The notes: generated from the letters alone by a model not told the origin. A DNA stretch of 64,000 nt from a virus (IMGVR_UViG_3300037244_000020:1-64000), one strand, 5' to 3'. Counted from the first letter of the stretch, positions 18,626-27,734 are shown. A program made the numbers and translations.

Positions 18626-18686
18626 AGAAGAGGCTCCTTTTCAGGTTGGGATAAGAGCCGCCAGTATACACCACGGAAACGCTCTG

Positions 18687-18860
18687 TCAGGGAGTTACGC
18701 CTACCCCGGCCAACTGCAAGGCTCGGGCTTGCGTGCCTGCGCTGTAGCCCGCCATGAACTCTTTGAACTCGGCAGAGCCTGGATCGTACGGGTTACGGTT
18801 CCACCCGGCGCCGCGCATGGCGGTGTCGTAACCTTGGCTGTAGTGGGGGCTGGGCGTCAT
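18687..18860 (-). CDS. RMF/CrpP-fold-like peptide (57 aa)
   Basis: Manual: MTPSPHYSQGYDTAMRGAGWNRNPYDPGSAEFKEFMAGYSAG... Confidence 0.55.
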   Translation of the reverse strand: MTPSPHYSQGYDTAMRGAGWNRNPYDPGSAEFKEFMAGYSAGTQARALQLAGVGVTP

Positions 18861-18863
18861 GGG

Positions 18864-19079
18864 CTAGTAGGCGTGGTGGCCGTGCGCGTGGTGGGCGCCC
18901 CTGTGCGTATAATGCCCGCGCTTTTGCAGGATGTGCGCTTTCAGTCCGTCGGCCCGACCTTCTAACCATTGGTGAAATGCCCGCGTGCCCGGAGGAAACG
19001 GGACCGAATCCCATCTCTTTCCATGCATTCCTGCGCCGAATCCCATCCAGTAGAAACCTGATTCCACGTTGCTTGCCAT
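18864..19079 (-). CDS. RMF-like peptide with His-rich tail
   Basis: GFGAGMHGK..SVPF...HQWLEGRADG resembles RMF GYQAGIAGR..CPY..QWLGGW; AAGGAG RBS. Confidence 0.6.
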   Translation of the reverse strand: MASNVESGFYWMGFGAGMHGKRWDSVPFPPGTRAFHQWLEGRADGLKAHILQKRGHYTHRGAHHAHGHHAY

Positions 19080-19131
19080 GACCGCGCTCCTTGAGAAATG
19101 CTTCAGGGTAGCGCGCGGGGCGTACGACGAA

Positions 19132-19791
19132 TTAGGGGGCGCGGCGCTTTCTGAGAAGCCTCTCCAGCTTCAACTGGGTCCGCGCTATTTGCTCCTCAAG
19201 GCCGTGTTTAGCTGCGCTCTTTGCCCTCGCACATTCTACGCAGTTTCCGCTTGCTGCGTACCTCAAGCCCTTATGCCCGTGCGCGCACACAGTCTCGGAC
19301 TCGTAAAACCGCAGCCCTCCGGCCTTAGCCTCGCATCGGGCGTGTCTTTCTTGCGCGTGGTGCGATCTTTCCACCTTCGGCGCGTAATTCGCGAGACTCT
19401 GGGCTTTCACGCACTCTACGCAGATGTTGCGATTCGCGTACCTCAGTCCTTTATGCCCGTTCCGACACGCGACTTCGGACTCGTAGTGTAAATCCCCCTT
19501 CTGCACCGCCTCCCGTCGGGCCTGCTTATCCCGCTCGATGGCGGCTGATCTCTCTTTTACCTTTGCTATCCTCTCTTTCTTCGCGGACACCTGCGCTTCT
19601 CTGTACTTCGCCCCCGGATGTGCTTCTCGGTAGTTCTTCTGTGCAGAGACTCGTCTGCACTCGATACACCGACCACTTACGAGATTGTGTACGACAAGCC
19701 TGTGTGCGACGTGACCGTGTTTGCAAGGCTCGCCTGTGAAATACTGCTTGAGTCCGAGCGCGATCGCCTCGGCGCGACTGATGATTTTCAT
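19132..19791 (-). CDS. protein with three CxxGH..R....CxxC zinc repeats (HNH-associated modules, no nuclease domain seen)
   Basis: MKIISRAEAIALGLKQYFTGEPCKHGH N-terminus; repeats CRNGHKGLRY and CAHGHKGLRY. Confidence 0.75.
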   Translation of the reverse strand: MKIISRAEAIALGLKQYFTGEPCKHGHVAHRLVVHNLVSGRCIECRRVSAQKNYREAHPGAKYREAQVSAKKERIAKVKERSAAIERDKQARREAVQKGDLHYESEVACRNGHKGLRYANRNICVECVKAQSLANYAPKVERSHHAQERHARCEAKAGGLRFYESETVCAHGHKGLRYAASGNCVECARAKSAAKHGLEEQIARTQLKLERLLRKRRAP

Positions 19792-19824
19792 ATTGGACCT
19801 GACTAGGATCTGACCGTTAGATGA

Positions 19825-19877
19825 GCACGGAAAGCGGGCGGTCAAACCAGCTTTGTCGGGAGCAAGCCTATCCGTGC
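19825..19877 (-). ncRNA. cloverleaf leader RNA (C4-antisense-like), copy 1
   Basis: Closing stem GCACGGA/TCCGTGC; shares TAGG-N6-CCCGA(C)AAAGCTGG with 38974-39022; loop TGACCG complementary to downstream CGGTCA. Confidence 0.55.
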
Positions 19878-19893
19878 GGGTGAAACTATATCA

Positions 19894-21192
19894 TTAAACC
19901 GCTTCGAACATTTCCGGCACGATCGTATTCCGGGCGACTTCCCCGAACTCCGTGTGGTAAGTGATCGCCTGCGCGCTGCGCTCCGATACGTAGCCGCCCC
20001 GCGCTGAGTGGGCATCCCGCGCAGCTAGTGTGCGGTGCTGCACAACCGTGACGCCGTTGTGCTCTTTTTCGTCCTTATGATGCCGATGTCCCGTGTGGAT
20101 TGCGCGCTTGGTCGTCTTGCCCCACATCTCGGGAAACTGCGCCGCGAAGAGCAGCGGCAGTTGCTCGTTTTTCTTCAAATGCCCGTGGTGGAAACCCAGC
20201 ATGCTCGTACCGTGTTGATACGCGTAGTAAGGCAATTCCGAGTCTACGACGGTAATCCTCGGCTCGTTCTCGTACAGCGCTCGGAAAAGCGCCCTCAGCC
20301 ACAGCGACGACGCGAGATCATGATTTCCCTCCGCAAGGAGAACGACAACTTTGTCGTGTCTGGCGAGCGCGAAGTCCACAAGGCGGCGCAGCACCCGAAT
20401 GGCGACGCCTACAATCTTCGAATACCGCCCGTCTGCGTCCAAAACGAAACCGTGCGTCGGCGTTACGGGCAGCAGTCCATCGAAGTGTAGGAAGTCGCCG
20501 AGTTGCGCAATAAACGCGGTGCTGGCGGCGGGCGCCGCGTCAATCATGTACGAAAAAGCATTGACGAGCGTTCTTTCCGCAATTTCCAGGCTCCAGTCTG
20601 CGCCTGTTTCGGCTTTATCCGCGAGCGCGCCGAGGTGGTAGTCCGTGAACGTGTACAGGTTGCACAGCGTCTCGCTCGTATGCTCGGGAGCCTTTGTCGG
20701 TTTTAGCTTCGGTAGTGTCTGCGCCATCGCGTCGAACGCCTCGCGCATGATGGCTTCCTGCGCTGCCTGGTCGGCCGTCGTCTTCACCCACTGCGCTGTC
20801 GGCTTGCCGTCTTCGTTGTAATAGGTCGACACGCCCTTAACGACAAACCCATCGGGAACGGTATGCACCATATCGTGACTCGGCGCGTGCCCCATCCTAG
20901 CAGCGCGCTTTTTCAACGAATCCAGCGAGTTGCAGATCGTCCCTACACTGATCTTGAGCGCGCCCGCTGCAGCCCTCATGCCTCCGTGCTTCTCGACCGC
21001 CTCGATGATTTCGATTTGGCGCACAGTCGCAAATTGGATAAGCTCGGAGAGACCCTCTGGCGCATCCGAGCGAGTCGCGTCGCCCTTCATGTGGCGGCGT
21101 ACCGTCGCCTCGTCAACGCCCAATGCTTTGGCTGCTGCGCGGAAACTGCCGTGCTCGGCTACGGCATCTTGAAACTTCTTGAGTTTTGTCAC
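19894..21192 (-). CDS. tandem-HTH + calcineurin-like metallophosphoesterase
   Basis: Two HGxxRAAAxAL HTHs; TDYHLG, LGDFLH, EGNHD, HHGH and GHRHH motifs. Confidence 0.8.
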   Translation of the reverse strand: MTKLKKFQDAVAEHGSFRAAAKALGVDEATVRRHMKGDATRSDAPEGLSELIQFATVRQIEIIEAVEKHGGMRAAAGALKISVGTICNSLDSLKKRAARMGHAPSHDMVHTVPDGFVVKGVSTYYNEDGKPTAQWVKTTADQAAQEAIMREAFDAMAQTLPKLKPTKAPEHTSETLCNLYTFTDYHLGALADKAETGADWSLEIAERTLVNAFSYMIDAAPAASTAFIAQLGDFLHFDGLLPVTPTHGFVLDADGRYSKIVGVAIRVLRRLVDFALARHDKVVVLLAEGNHDLASSLWLRALFRALYENEPRITVVDSELPYYAYQHGTSMLGFHHGHLKKNEQLPLLFAAQFPEMWGKTTKRAIHTGHRHHKDEKEHNGVTVVQHRTLAARDAHSARGGYVSERSAQAITYHTEFGEVARNTIVPEMFEAV

Positions 21193-21270
21193 GCGAATTC
21201 CCCCGGCAGAACCGCTTGAATAACGGCTTTGCGCGGAGTATGCCGGAGTTTACAACTCGTTACAAGTTTG

Positions 21271-21495
21271 CTAGGCGAAGAAACCGCCCCAGCAGGTGAG
21301 GCACAGGACGACGACCGGCACGATTAGCGCGCCGAGGGTCGACATGGTTTGTACGATGGCGGGGTACTCCACCGCCTCCCGTTTCATCATCCCGCTCACG
21401 CGCTGATGCAGCGCTTTCTGATCCAGGCCCGTCCAGATGAACAGAAACAGGACCAGCAGAAACTGAGGAGCGCTCCAATGAGAGACATTAATCAT
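21271..21495 (-). CDS. two-TM membrane protein
   Basis: Two hydrophobic segments. Confidence 0.6.
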   Translation of the reverse strand: MINVSHWSAPQFLLVLFLFIWTGLDQKALHQRVSGMMKREAVEYPAIVQTMSTLGALIVPVVVLCLTCWGGFFA

Positions 21496-21962
21496 GGCTC
21501 ATATCTCGCTTTACTCGAAAATCCGCACAGCCAGTCAAGCGACACGTTCAAACGCTTGGCGACTTCCAGCAGTTGTTCGTACCTGGGGGATTCCTTGCGC
21601 TCCCAACTGCTTACCCTTTCGCGCCTCACGCCTAATAACTCAGCCATTTGCGGCTGCGTCATCCCGCGAACCTCGCGCTCTACCTGCATGCGATCGCTGA
21701 ACAGACTGGTGCGGTATCCGGCGCTCTTCTCTAGCTGGCGCGGCTCGTCGTTCACGCCCGCCAGATAGTCGACTGATATATCCAGCGCCTGCGCAATCGC
21801 GGTAAGCGTTTTATGGCTCGGCAGGTTGATGCCCGTCTCATAGGCTAATAGGCGCTCTACGCTGATGCCTGTTAAGTGGCTGATAAAGGCGATATCCATT
21901 ACGCGCAGCCTCCGCGCTTTTGTGAAGCGATGCCCGAAGGTTTCTATTTTGGGTGTGGTCAT
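21492..21962 (-). CDS. tandem XRE-family HTH regulator
   Basis: Two HTH_3 domains (..ISVDYLAG; MTQPQMAELLGV..VSLDWLCG). Confidence 0.85.
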   Translation of the reverse strand: MTTPKIETFGHRFTKARRLRVMDIAFISHLTGISVERLLAYETGINLPSHKTLTAIAQALDISVDYLAGVNDEPRQLEKSAGYRTSLFSDRMQVEREVRGMTQPQMAELLGVRRERVSSWERKESPRYEQLLEVAKRLNVSLDWLCGFSSKARYEP

Positions 21963-21973
21963 GCTGATGCTCC

Positions 21974-22288
21974 TTAATGCCTACAATCTGGGCAGTCGTC
22001 GGACCAGTCTCCGGTATAGCCATGAGGGCACCGGGCGCTTGCCCTTGCGGCAGCTTCGCGGATCGCTGTCATACTGCCCCCGTCCGGCTTTACCGGCGCC
22101 GGTCGCGCATCAGCTATCACGACGCGCGCCGTAGGCCGTACTCGGCCTGCCCATCCACACCAGGCGTGCTCGGTGTTACCCGCGAAGTATGCTCGATTCG
22201 GCTGCGACGCCAGTGCTGGAGTTAAGTCGTAGCCTCGCTCTCTGGCCCATACTTCGAAGCCTTTCCAATCGGTCGGATCGTGAATCAT
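21974..22288 (-). CDS. hypothetical protein with C-terminal CPHG..CPDC
   Basis: AAGGAG RBS. Confidence 0.65.
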   Translation of the reverse strand: MIHDPTDWKGFEVWARERGYDLTPALASQPNRAYFAGNTEHAWCGWAGRVRPTARVVIADARPAPVKPDGGSMTAIREAAARASARCPHGYTGDWSDDCPDCRH

Positions 22289-22524
22289 TCAGGTTTCTCC
22301 TTTTCGATCGCCGCATTCGCTTGCGCGGCTAGCAGCATATCTCGTTCCATCTCCGCCCGGCCGCAGGCACGCGAGACTCTCTCAAGCTGTGCGGCTGCAA
22401 AGTTCAGGCGGTCTTGCATTTCGTCGTATGCGTCTAACAAGTGGTGAACCTTTAGGCCCCAACCGCTGCACCCGCCAGTCTTGAGCGTTTCGCGGATTTC
22501 GGCAATGGCTTCGGCGTCAATCAT
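22285..22524 (-). CDS. hypothetical coiled-coil protein
   Basis: ATGA overlaps. Confidence 0.6.
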   Translation of the reverse strand: MIDAEAIAEIRETLKTGGCSGWGLKVHHLLDAYDEMQDRLNFAAAQLERVSRACGRAEMERDMLLAAQANAAIEKEKPE

Positions 22525-22679
22525 GGCTTCACCTTCAAGCATGTCCCGCTCGCGGCGTCGGTCGGGTCTTGTGCAGTTGCGAGTAATGCGCGCGCAAACC
22601 TAAGTACCGTCGGCTGGTTAAATACATAGCAGAACGGCACGACATCATCAAATAACTTCAAGATCTGTTCGTCGGTCAT
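22521..22679 (-). CDS. hypothetical protein (52 aa)
   Basis: Manual: MTDEQILKLFDD...FARALLA; ATGA overlaps on both sides. Confidence 0.55.
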   Translation of the reverse strand: MTDEQILKLFDDVVPFCYVFNQPTVLRFARALLATAQDPTDAASGTCLKVKP

Positions 22680-22900
22680 TTCACTTTCCCTTTCAGTGCG
22701 GCGCGCGCCAATCGTTCAGTCATCACGTCACGAAACACGCCCATTACTTGGCCTTGCTGCTGATTCAACAGGTACGGGGCGATGCGCCGGTGGAACTCGG
22801 CTTGCAAGTCATCCAGCCCTGGCGGGAGCGTCTGCGGCTGGCGCTTAGGCTGAGTCAGCCGTTGCGGGAGGTTGTCGCGAAATTCAAGGGCAGCGTTCAC
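22676..22900 (-). CDS. hypothetical protein
   Basis: AGGAG RBS. Confidence 0.6.
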   Translation of the reverse strand: MNAALEFRDNLPQRLTQPKRQPQTLPPGLDDLQAEFHRRIAPYLLNQQQGQVMGVFRDVMTERLARAALKGKVK

Positions 22901-23235
22901 TTTCTTTCTCCTGTAGGTGCGGCGAGAAGCACGCGCGCAAAGTTTATCCAGTCTTCCGCTTCGGTGTGGATCGGGAAGTCGCCCTTCAAATCCTCGTACA
23001 ACATGGGGTTTCCCATCGCTTTGGCCGCCAAGCGCAGGATGGCATCATCCGACGGCGATACCTCCGCGAGCAAGCTACTTGAGCGATAAGCTTCCTGCAA
23101 AGTCTGATGTGCAGCTTCTATCGCGGAGATCTTTGCTTCTATTGTCTTAAGCACGTTATATTGCTCTTCCTGCTTACCGTGCTCGGCTATAAACTGCTCA
23201 TCGGTGAGTTTTACGCTCTCTGAAAACGATTTCAT
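22897..23235 (-). CDS. hypothetical protein
   Basis: 112-aa ORF in operon. Confidence 0.6.
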   Translation of the reverse strand: MKSFSESVKLTDEQFIAEHGKQEEQYNVLKTIEAKISAIEAAHQTLQEAYRSSSLLAEVSPSDDAILRLAAKAMGNPMLYEDLKGDFPIHTEAEDWINFARVLLAAPTGERK

Positions 23236-23471
23236 GATCCTTCCTTAGCAGCGCCATAAACCAATTCGTCTAGGCTGACTGAAAAAATCTTGCTGATTTC
23301 CAGCAAATCCCAATATCGCGGCCAGCCTTCGCCAGCCTCAATTCTGGATGCCGTCATGGGCGATATGCGCAATTTCTGCGTCAATTCTTCCTGCGTCATC
23401 CCGCGATCTTTGCGCATCTGGCGCAAGCGCGCGCCGAATCCCATCGGTCCAGGGCGTAGAGTGGTTTGCAT
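23232..23471 (-). CDS. XRE-family HTH protein
   Basis: FGARLRQMRKDRGMTQEEL...SRIEAG...FSVSLDELV. Confidence 0.85.
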   Translation of the reverse strand: MQTTLRPGPMGFGARLRQMRKDRGMTQEELTQKLRISPMTASRIEAGEGWPRYWDLLEISKIFSVSLDELVYGAAKEGS

Positions 23472-23481
23472 GGCGTGGGTG

Positions 23482-23907
23482 TCAAGTGGGCTTGATTGAA
23501 TTAAGCGGCCGGTTTGCGCTGCCTTCCGGGTCTGCAAGTGCGGCGCGCGCCGTTTCGATTACTTCCGGCCATTTGAATGGCGGCTTTCCGCCTTCATCAT
23601 CCGCCCATTTAGCGCCGCAATCTCCGCAAATCTCCCACATAGCGCCGCTACGGTAAGTATTTTCATGCGTGCACATTTGACGCTCTGCGTAACACAGCAG
23701 ATCCTTTAAAGCTTGTTTTAGCCCTCTTGCGGGCTTGTCGGTGGCGTTCAAATTCGCTTCAGCAAATTCCACGCCTTCCATAAACGACCGTCGCGCTGCC
23801 TGATCGGCCGCCATTTTGACTGCTATCGACTGCAGCGCTTCAAATTGATCTTGCTGCTTGCGCCGCTCTTCTTTGGCGTCTTCAAGCGTGAATTGAAGTT
23901 TGTTCAT
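23482..23907 (-). CDS. hypothetical protein (coiled coil + C..H..CxxC)
   Basis: AGGAG RBS; CTHENT..WEICGDCGAKW. Confidence 0.7.
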   Translation of the reverse strand: MNKLQFTLEDAKEERRKQQDQFEALQSIAVKMAADQAARRSFMEGVEFAEANLNATDKPARGLKQALKDLLCYAERQMCTHENTYRSGAMWEICGDCGAKWADDEGGKPPFKWPEVIETARAALADPEGSANRPLNSIKPT

Positions 23908-23942
23908 CGTGACTCCCTGTCAGGCTCACAGCCAGTTAAAGG

Positions 23943-24203
23943 TTAGCTAATGCCCCGCGCGCCGTGCACGTATTCAACGATCGTCTTGCCTGTCGTGAAC
24001 TTGCGCATGTCGTCGTCCGGCACCTCGATACCAAAGTCGTCTTCAATCGTCAACGCCATCTCGACCATATCGAGCGAGTCTGCGTTATACGGCGCGCGTT
24101 CGAGGTTGTCGGCCATGTCGACTCGCTCCACAGCTACGCCAAACTGGTCAGAAATGACATCTTTTACGCGGTTCTCGATGAATTTCAGACTGTGTGTGGT
24201 CAT
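23943..24203 (-). CDS. acpP: acyl carrier protein
   Basis: RVKDVISDQFGV...ADSLDMVEMALTIEDDFGIEVPDDD; phosphopantetheine Ser intact. Confidence 0.9.
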   Translation of the reverse strand: MTTHSLKFIENRVKDVISDQFGVAVERVDMADNLERAPYNADSLDMVEMALTIEDDFGIEVPDDDMRKFTTGKTIVEYVHGARGIS

Positions 24204-24446
24204 TTCGTAAGGAGTCCGTAAAAGTAATGGAAGTCGTAAATCGTGGCTGAGATACAAAGCGTCAAGATAGCCACGAAACAGGCTGCGAAAAAGTATTTCA
24301 TATTCGGTCCTTCCTTGCGCGGCGCCACAGGGAGCGGATACCCGCAGAGGCCGCCTCCAGCGCGCACAGCCAGCCTAAAAAGAAAACCGACAGCGGGATA
24401 ATCGTTGATGCGTTAAGCATACGTGTCTCCGTGTTTCAGTTATCTA

Positions 24447-24474
24447 ACTATAGCATATTTATTGTTTTGTGCAA
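24447..24474 (-). promoter_or_regulatory. early promoter TTGCAC-N16-TATAGT (extended -10)
   Basis: Family member. Confidence 0.7.
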
Positions 24475-24507
24475 GTGCCGAATGCGCTTTGTGGAGGGGT
24501 TAGGCGG

Positions 24508-24786
24508 CTACACTATGAGAAGATAACTCAGCGCCCTCTCGATGATGCGCGCCTCTGATGACCTCCCCTCGTCTCCGTCCCTTGCGACGCGCTTGATGCG
24601 GCCGCTCTCTACGCGGTGATTGGTGCCGATGTTGTACCACTCCTTAACGGCATTCGGGTACAGCAGCTTCGCAGGGTCGTCTACTATGCGCGTGTCGACC
24701 CTAACGCGCTGTGAAGGCGTTGCACCCTCACAGGGAGGTGTGTCTGTGCTGCAGTAAAAGCTGGTTCGGCTAATTTCGAAAATCAT
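24508..24786 (-). CDS. hypothetical protein
   Basis: AAGGA RBS. Confidence 0.55.
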   Translation of the reverse strand: MIFEISRTSFYCSTDTPPCEGATPSQRVRVDTRIVDDPAKLLYPNAVKEWYNIGTNHRVESGRIKRVARDGDEGRSSEARIIERALSYLLIV

Positions 24787-24797
24787 GGTTTATTCCT

Positions 24798-25217
24798 TTA
24801 GAGCCTGCGCTCAATGTCGAAAAACGCGCTATGCGGGTCGCATTCGAAAGCTTCCGGCGTAGGCATAGATGCCAAGATACGCGATTCAATCTGCGCAAAG
24901 TCAATCGACGTCACCGCAGCAACTTGCACGCCATCTACGTACAGCACACCGTTGACCGCTTCTCTAACGCGCTGGCCTTCCTCGGTGCGCGGGTGGTTGC
25001 TCTGCAGATTCGGCCCGCTTGCCCAGCGATCGGCCATCGCCACAGACGGCCCTTTATGAGACCTTTGTTCCTTCCTCCAAGCCTTCTCCCGTCGCTTGTG
25101 CTTGCCGTGATGGTCTGGCGTCATCGGCTGCAGCGAGCGGCTGCGACGGTGTTTCAGCGCGCGGACCTTGCGTGTTGGGCCAGTGCGTTCGTGCCAGGTT
25201 TTGGTGAGGGGTTTCAT
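24798..25217 (-). CDS. basic hypothetical protein
   Basis: 139-aa ORF. Confidence 0.6.
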   Translation of the reverse strand: MKPLTKTWHERTGPTRKVRALKHRRSRSLQPMTPDHHGKHKRREKAWRKEQRSHKGPSVAMADRWASGPNLQSNHPRTEEGQRVREAVNGVLYVDGVQVAAVTSIDFAQIESRILASMPTPEAFECDPHSAFFDIERRL

Positions 25218-25220
25218 GGC

Positions 25221-25499
25221 TTACTCGAACTCTTCTTTCAAGAGCGCGTACAGACGGCGGCGGTCTTTCTTGGCTCGGTCATCTCCGGCGTCTCTTTTCT
25301 CGTACCAGTCGTCAAGCTGCACAGCCTCCGATTTAACACATTCGTAAATCGTGACGTATCTTTGCTCGTCGTCAGGTATGTAATCCTCCAGCACTTCGTC
25401 AAACACCTCGGCGCGCGCCTCTTCCCAGGTTTCGGCTCGCAGCTCTACTACGTTGGTCACGCTGTCCGGGTCGTACTCGGTCAGTATCGCAATGAACAT
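25221..25499 (-). CDS. acidic early protein
   Basis: First gene after promoter; GGAG RBS. Confidence 0.7.
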   Translation of the reverse strand: MFIAILTEYDPDSVTNVVELRAETWEEARAEVFDEVLEDYIPDDEQRYVTIYECVKSEAVQLDDWYEKRDAGDDRAKKDRRRLYALLKEEFE

Positions 25500-25532
25500 T
25501 TCTGTTACTCCGTGTCGGTTTCAATAGAGCTA

Positions 25533-25560
25533 ATTATACAGACTTTATTGTTTTGTACAA
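25533..25560 (-). promoter_or_regulatory. early promoter TTGTAC-N16-TATAAT
   Basis: Family member. Confidence 0.7.
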
Positions 25561-25586
25561 GTGCTGAATTGCCTTTATGCAGCGGG

Positions 25587-25841
25587 TTACGCTTCACTGC
25601 CTCCTTTATCGATATACCTCACGTCGTGATGGCTGCACCACGGGTCAGGATTCACACGGTAGTAAAACCCGTTGCGGTCTTGGACCAGCAACCTTAACTC
25701 TACAAGCTTGCTCACTACCGCGCCAGCGGATCGGCCCAACAGGTCTTGCAGCGCTTCTAACGAGTCGCCGTCTCCAAACGCTTCGCGCAGATCTTTGTAA
25801 TGCTCCGGCGTCCAGTTCTTTCCAGCGTTGTCAAGGTTCAT
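25587..25841 (-). CDS. Myb/HTH-like small protein
   Basis: NAGKNWTPE...LGRSAGAVVSKLVEL pattern. Confidence 0.6.
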   Translation of the reverse strand: MNLDNAGKNWTPEHYKDLREAFGDGDSLEALQDLLGRSAGAVVSKLVELRLLVQDRNGFYYRVNPDPWCSHHDVRYIDKGGSEA

Positions 25842-25842
25842 C

Positions 25843-26004
25843 TCACACCCCTAAAAGATCGATCTTGGCTTGCTGGCGCGACACCTCCCAGAGGTCTGTG
25901 AGCAAGCGGTCTACTTCATCGGCGCTGTGTGCCTGGCGCAACTCAGATTGAATCTCTTGCTCCCGCTCTCGTAGCGCTGCGCTTACGCGTTCTTCAATGG
26001 TCAT
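25843..26004 (-). CDS. hypothetical protein, paralogue of 27765-27926
   Basis: MTIEERVSAALR...DLLGV. Confidence 0.7.
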   Translation of the reverse strand: MTIEERVSAALREREQEIQSELRQAHSADEVDRLLTDLWEVSRQQAKIDLLGV

Positions 26005-26444
26005 GGCTGGGACTCCTGCGTTCGGATGAGGGTAGCCAGCCAGTAAGGTACTTTGAAGCAGTGCGCGGTACTCCATTGCTCGGCGGCTCCGCCCCCATTA
26101 AACGGTCCGAAATACTCGAAACCGCTGATCGGGTCCCCAGCAATGACGATGGTTTGAGGCAGCGCTTCGCGCGCGAGTGCTTTCTTCGCGCAGCCTAGGG
26201 CACGCGCGGCCCCTGCTTGACCTTGGGTGCTCAGAATCACGACAACGTCACCCAGCGCTAGGTACAGCCGCTCTGCTTCGCTCGCAGGTTGCTCCGCCGC
26301 GTCTGACACGGGCTGCAAGTCCACAATCATCCGTATCTCATTGCCTAGGGCGGCCTGTCCGTATTTAACCGTCGCGTGAGAGTCCGCGAACGGGCCGTAG
26401 TATTTGTAACCGTTCGCGGGGTTGCCTGCTATGATGATTTTCAT
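26001..26444 (-). CDS. hypothetical protein, paralogue of 28174-28602
   Basis: Internal repeat GNPANGYKYYGPF / GDPISGFEYFGPF. Confidence 0.75.
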   Translation of the reverse strand: MKIIIAGNPANGYKYYGPFADSHATVKYGQAALGNEIRMIVDLQPVSDAAEQPASEAERLYLALGDVVVILSTQGQAGAARALGCAKKALAREALPQTIVIAGDPISGFEYFGPFNGGGAAEQWSTAHCFKVPYWLATLIRTQESQP

Positions 26445-26467
26445 TTCGTGGTTCCTAGGTGGATGGG

Positions 26468-26659
26468 TTACTTCGCAGCGTTCAGCGCGTTGCAGACTAG
26501 CTCTGCATCCACTTCACTGAACGTCTCGCATACCGTGTCGAATTGGTTTTCGAATGGGTCGCCGTCGATCATGAGCGGCCTCATTGTATCCACGATCGTA
26601 AATTCGAAACAGCAGTGCGCAGACTCCGAGCCGGGTACGACTTTGTAGCGCTGACTCAT
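26468..26659 (-). CDS. conserved small phage protein
   Basis: SxSAHCCFExTIVD..CE motif. Confidence 0.65.
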   Translation of the reverse strand: MSQRYKVVPGSESAHCCFEFTIVDTMRPLMIDGDPFENQFDTVCETFSEVDAELVCNALNAAK

Positions 26660-26895
26660 TTCGTGGTTTCCTCTTTTGGCTCATACCAACGACCCTCTCG
26701 GCCGCACAAACTGTAAACGCGACACCAGAAGAAGCTGGTATTCGCCCCGTATCTGTGATGCTCCGCCCAGGAAAGATCTCGATATTCTTCCTGCCCCGTC
26801 ACCCGGCTGATTGCTCGGTTTTGCGGCGCGTTGCAGTAGACGACGTAACCCTCAGCGGCGTGCTTGCACGTGGCGCAAGTTTTACCAGTCTTCAT
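26656..26895 (-). CDS. Cys-rich protein
   Basis: CATCKH...CGREGRWYEPK. Confidence 0.65.
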   Translation of the reverse strand: MKTGKTCATCKHAAEGYVVYCNAPQNRAISRVTGQEEYRDLSWAEHHRYGANTSFFWCRVYSLCGREGRWYEPKEETTK

Positions 26896-27154
26896 TATCT
26901 TCCTCTGTTTGCATGTCGGCGCTCGGCTTGCCGTCTTCCCAATTAATCTCGATCAACAACACATCGCTACCGGGGATGAGTATGTCGTTTCCGTTCTGGT
27001 GGAGCAGCCACAGCACATCAGCGTCGTGCGAGAAGCCTTTAACCGTGCCGTACCCCTCGTTCTGCTTTGTGCAGACGCGAGCGGTATACTTGCGCCCGCT
27101 GTTTTGCTCGTCGGTCAGGATGCGGATTGCGTAATCTACTAGGGATGTGGTCAT
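26882..27154 (-). CDS. hypothetical protein, paralogue of 28669-28938
   Basis: MTTSLVDYAIRILTDEQN. Confidence 0.7.
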   Translation of the reverse strand: MTTSLVDYAIRILTDEQNSGRKYTARVCTKQNEGYGTVKGFSHDADVLWLLHQNGNDILIPGSDVLLIEINWEDGKPSADMQTEEDNEDW

Positions 27155-27585
27155 TTCGCGGCTTCCAAGACTTTCATATCAAACCCCTTGGCGACCAGCG
27201 CGTCGACTAAGGGCACGATCTCGGATTCGACGGCGACCGTCCAGCGCTGGCCGTCCCAAGTGTAGTTGTATTCCTCAGTGTCTCTACGCGCCTCAGCTTC
27301 CGTGGCGTCGGTCCAGCCGTTCTCACACAGATCCCCTCGATCGCGACCGTAGTAGACAGTGCAGCCGTCGGCAGGTTTGGCGTAAGTGTGGCCCTCGGGC
27401 TTGTCGCAGCGACGCCCGAGTTGGCTCATGTTGCCATGCTCAAGTAGTGCGTCGACGCGCTCTTGCGTGTTGTAGCAGGCGAACAGGATCAGGCCGTTGC
27501 GGTTTATGTGGCCGTCGAAATGGCAGTACACCGATTTCCAAGTGCCGTTGCTGAGTTTTGCGGTGATCGTGCTGCGTGTTGCCAT
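27151..27585 (-). CDS. conserved phage early protein
   Basis: MATRSTI...SVYCHFDG...YYGRDRGD...EEYNY pattern. Confidence 0.75.
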   Translation of the reverse strand: MATRSTITAKLSNGTWKSVYCHFDGHINRNGLILFACYNTQERVDALLEHGNMSQLGRRCDKPEGHTYAKPADGCTVYYGRDRGDLCENGWTDATEAEARRDTEEYNYTWDGQRWTVAVESEIVPLVDALVAKGFDMKVLEAAK

Positions 27586-27705
27586 GATGTGTTCTCTGGG
27601 GTGTGCAACTACTAGATTAGGACGAGATGATGAGTACAAGGAGTGCAAGGGCGAAAGCGACAGCAACAAGCATCTTGTACCTCCGTGTTGTGTTTCGATG
27701 TAGCT

Positions 27706-27734
27706 ATTATGCAGAGGTTTTTAGTTCTGTGCAA
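27706..27734 (-). promoter_or_regulatory. early promoter TTGCAC-N17-CATAAT
   Basis: Family member. Confidence 0.75.
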
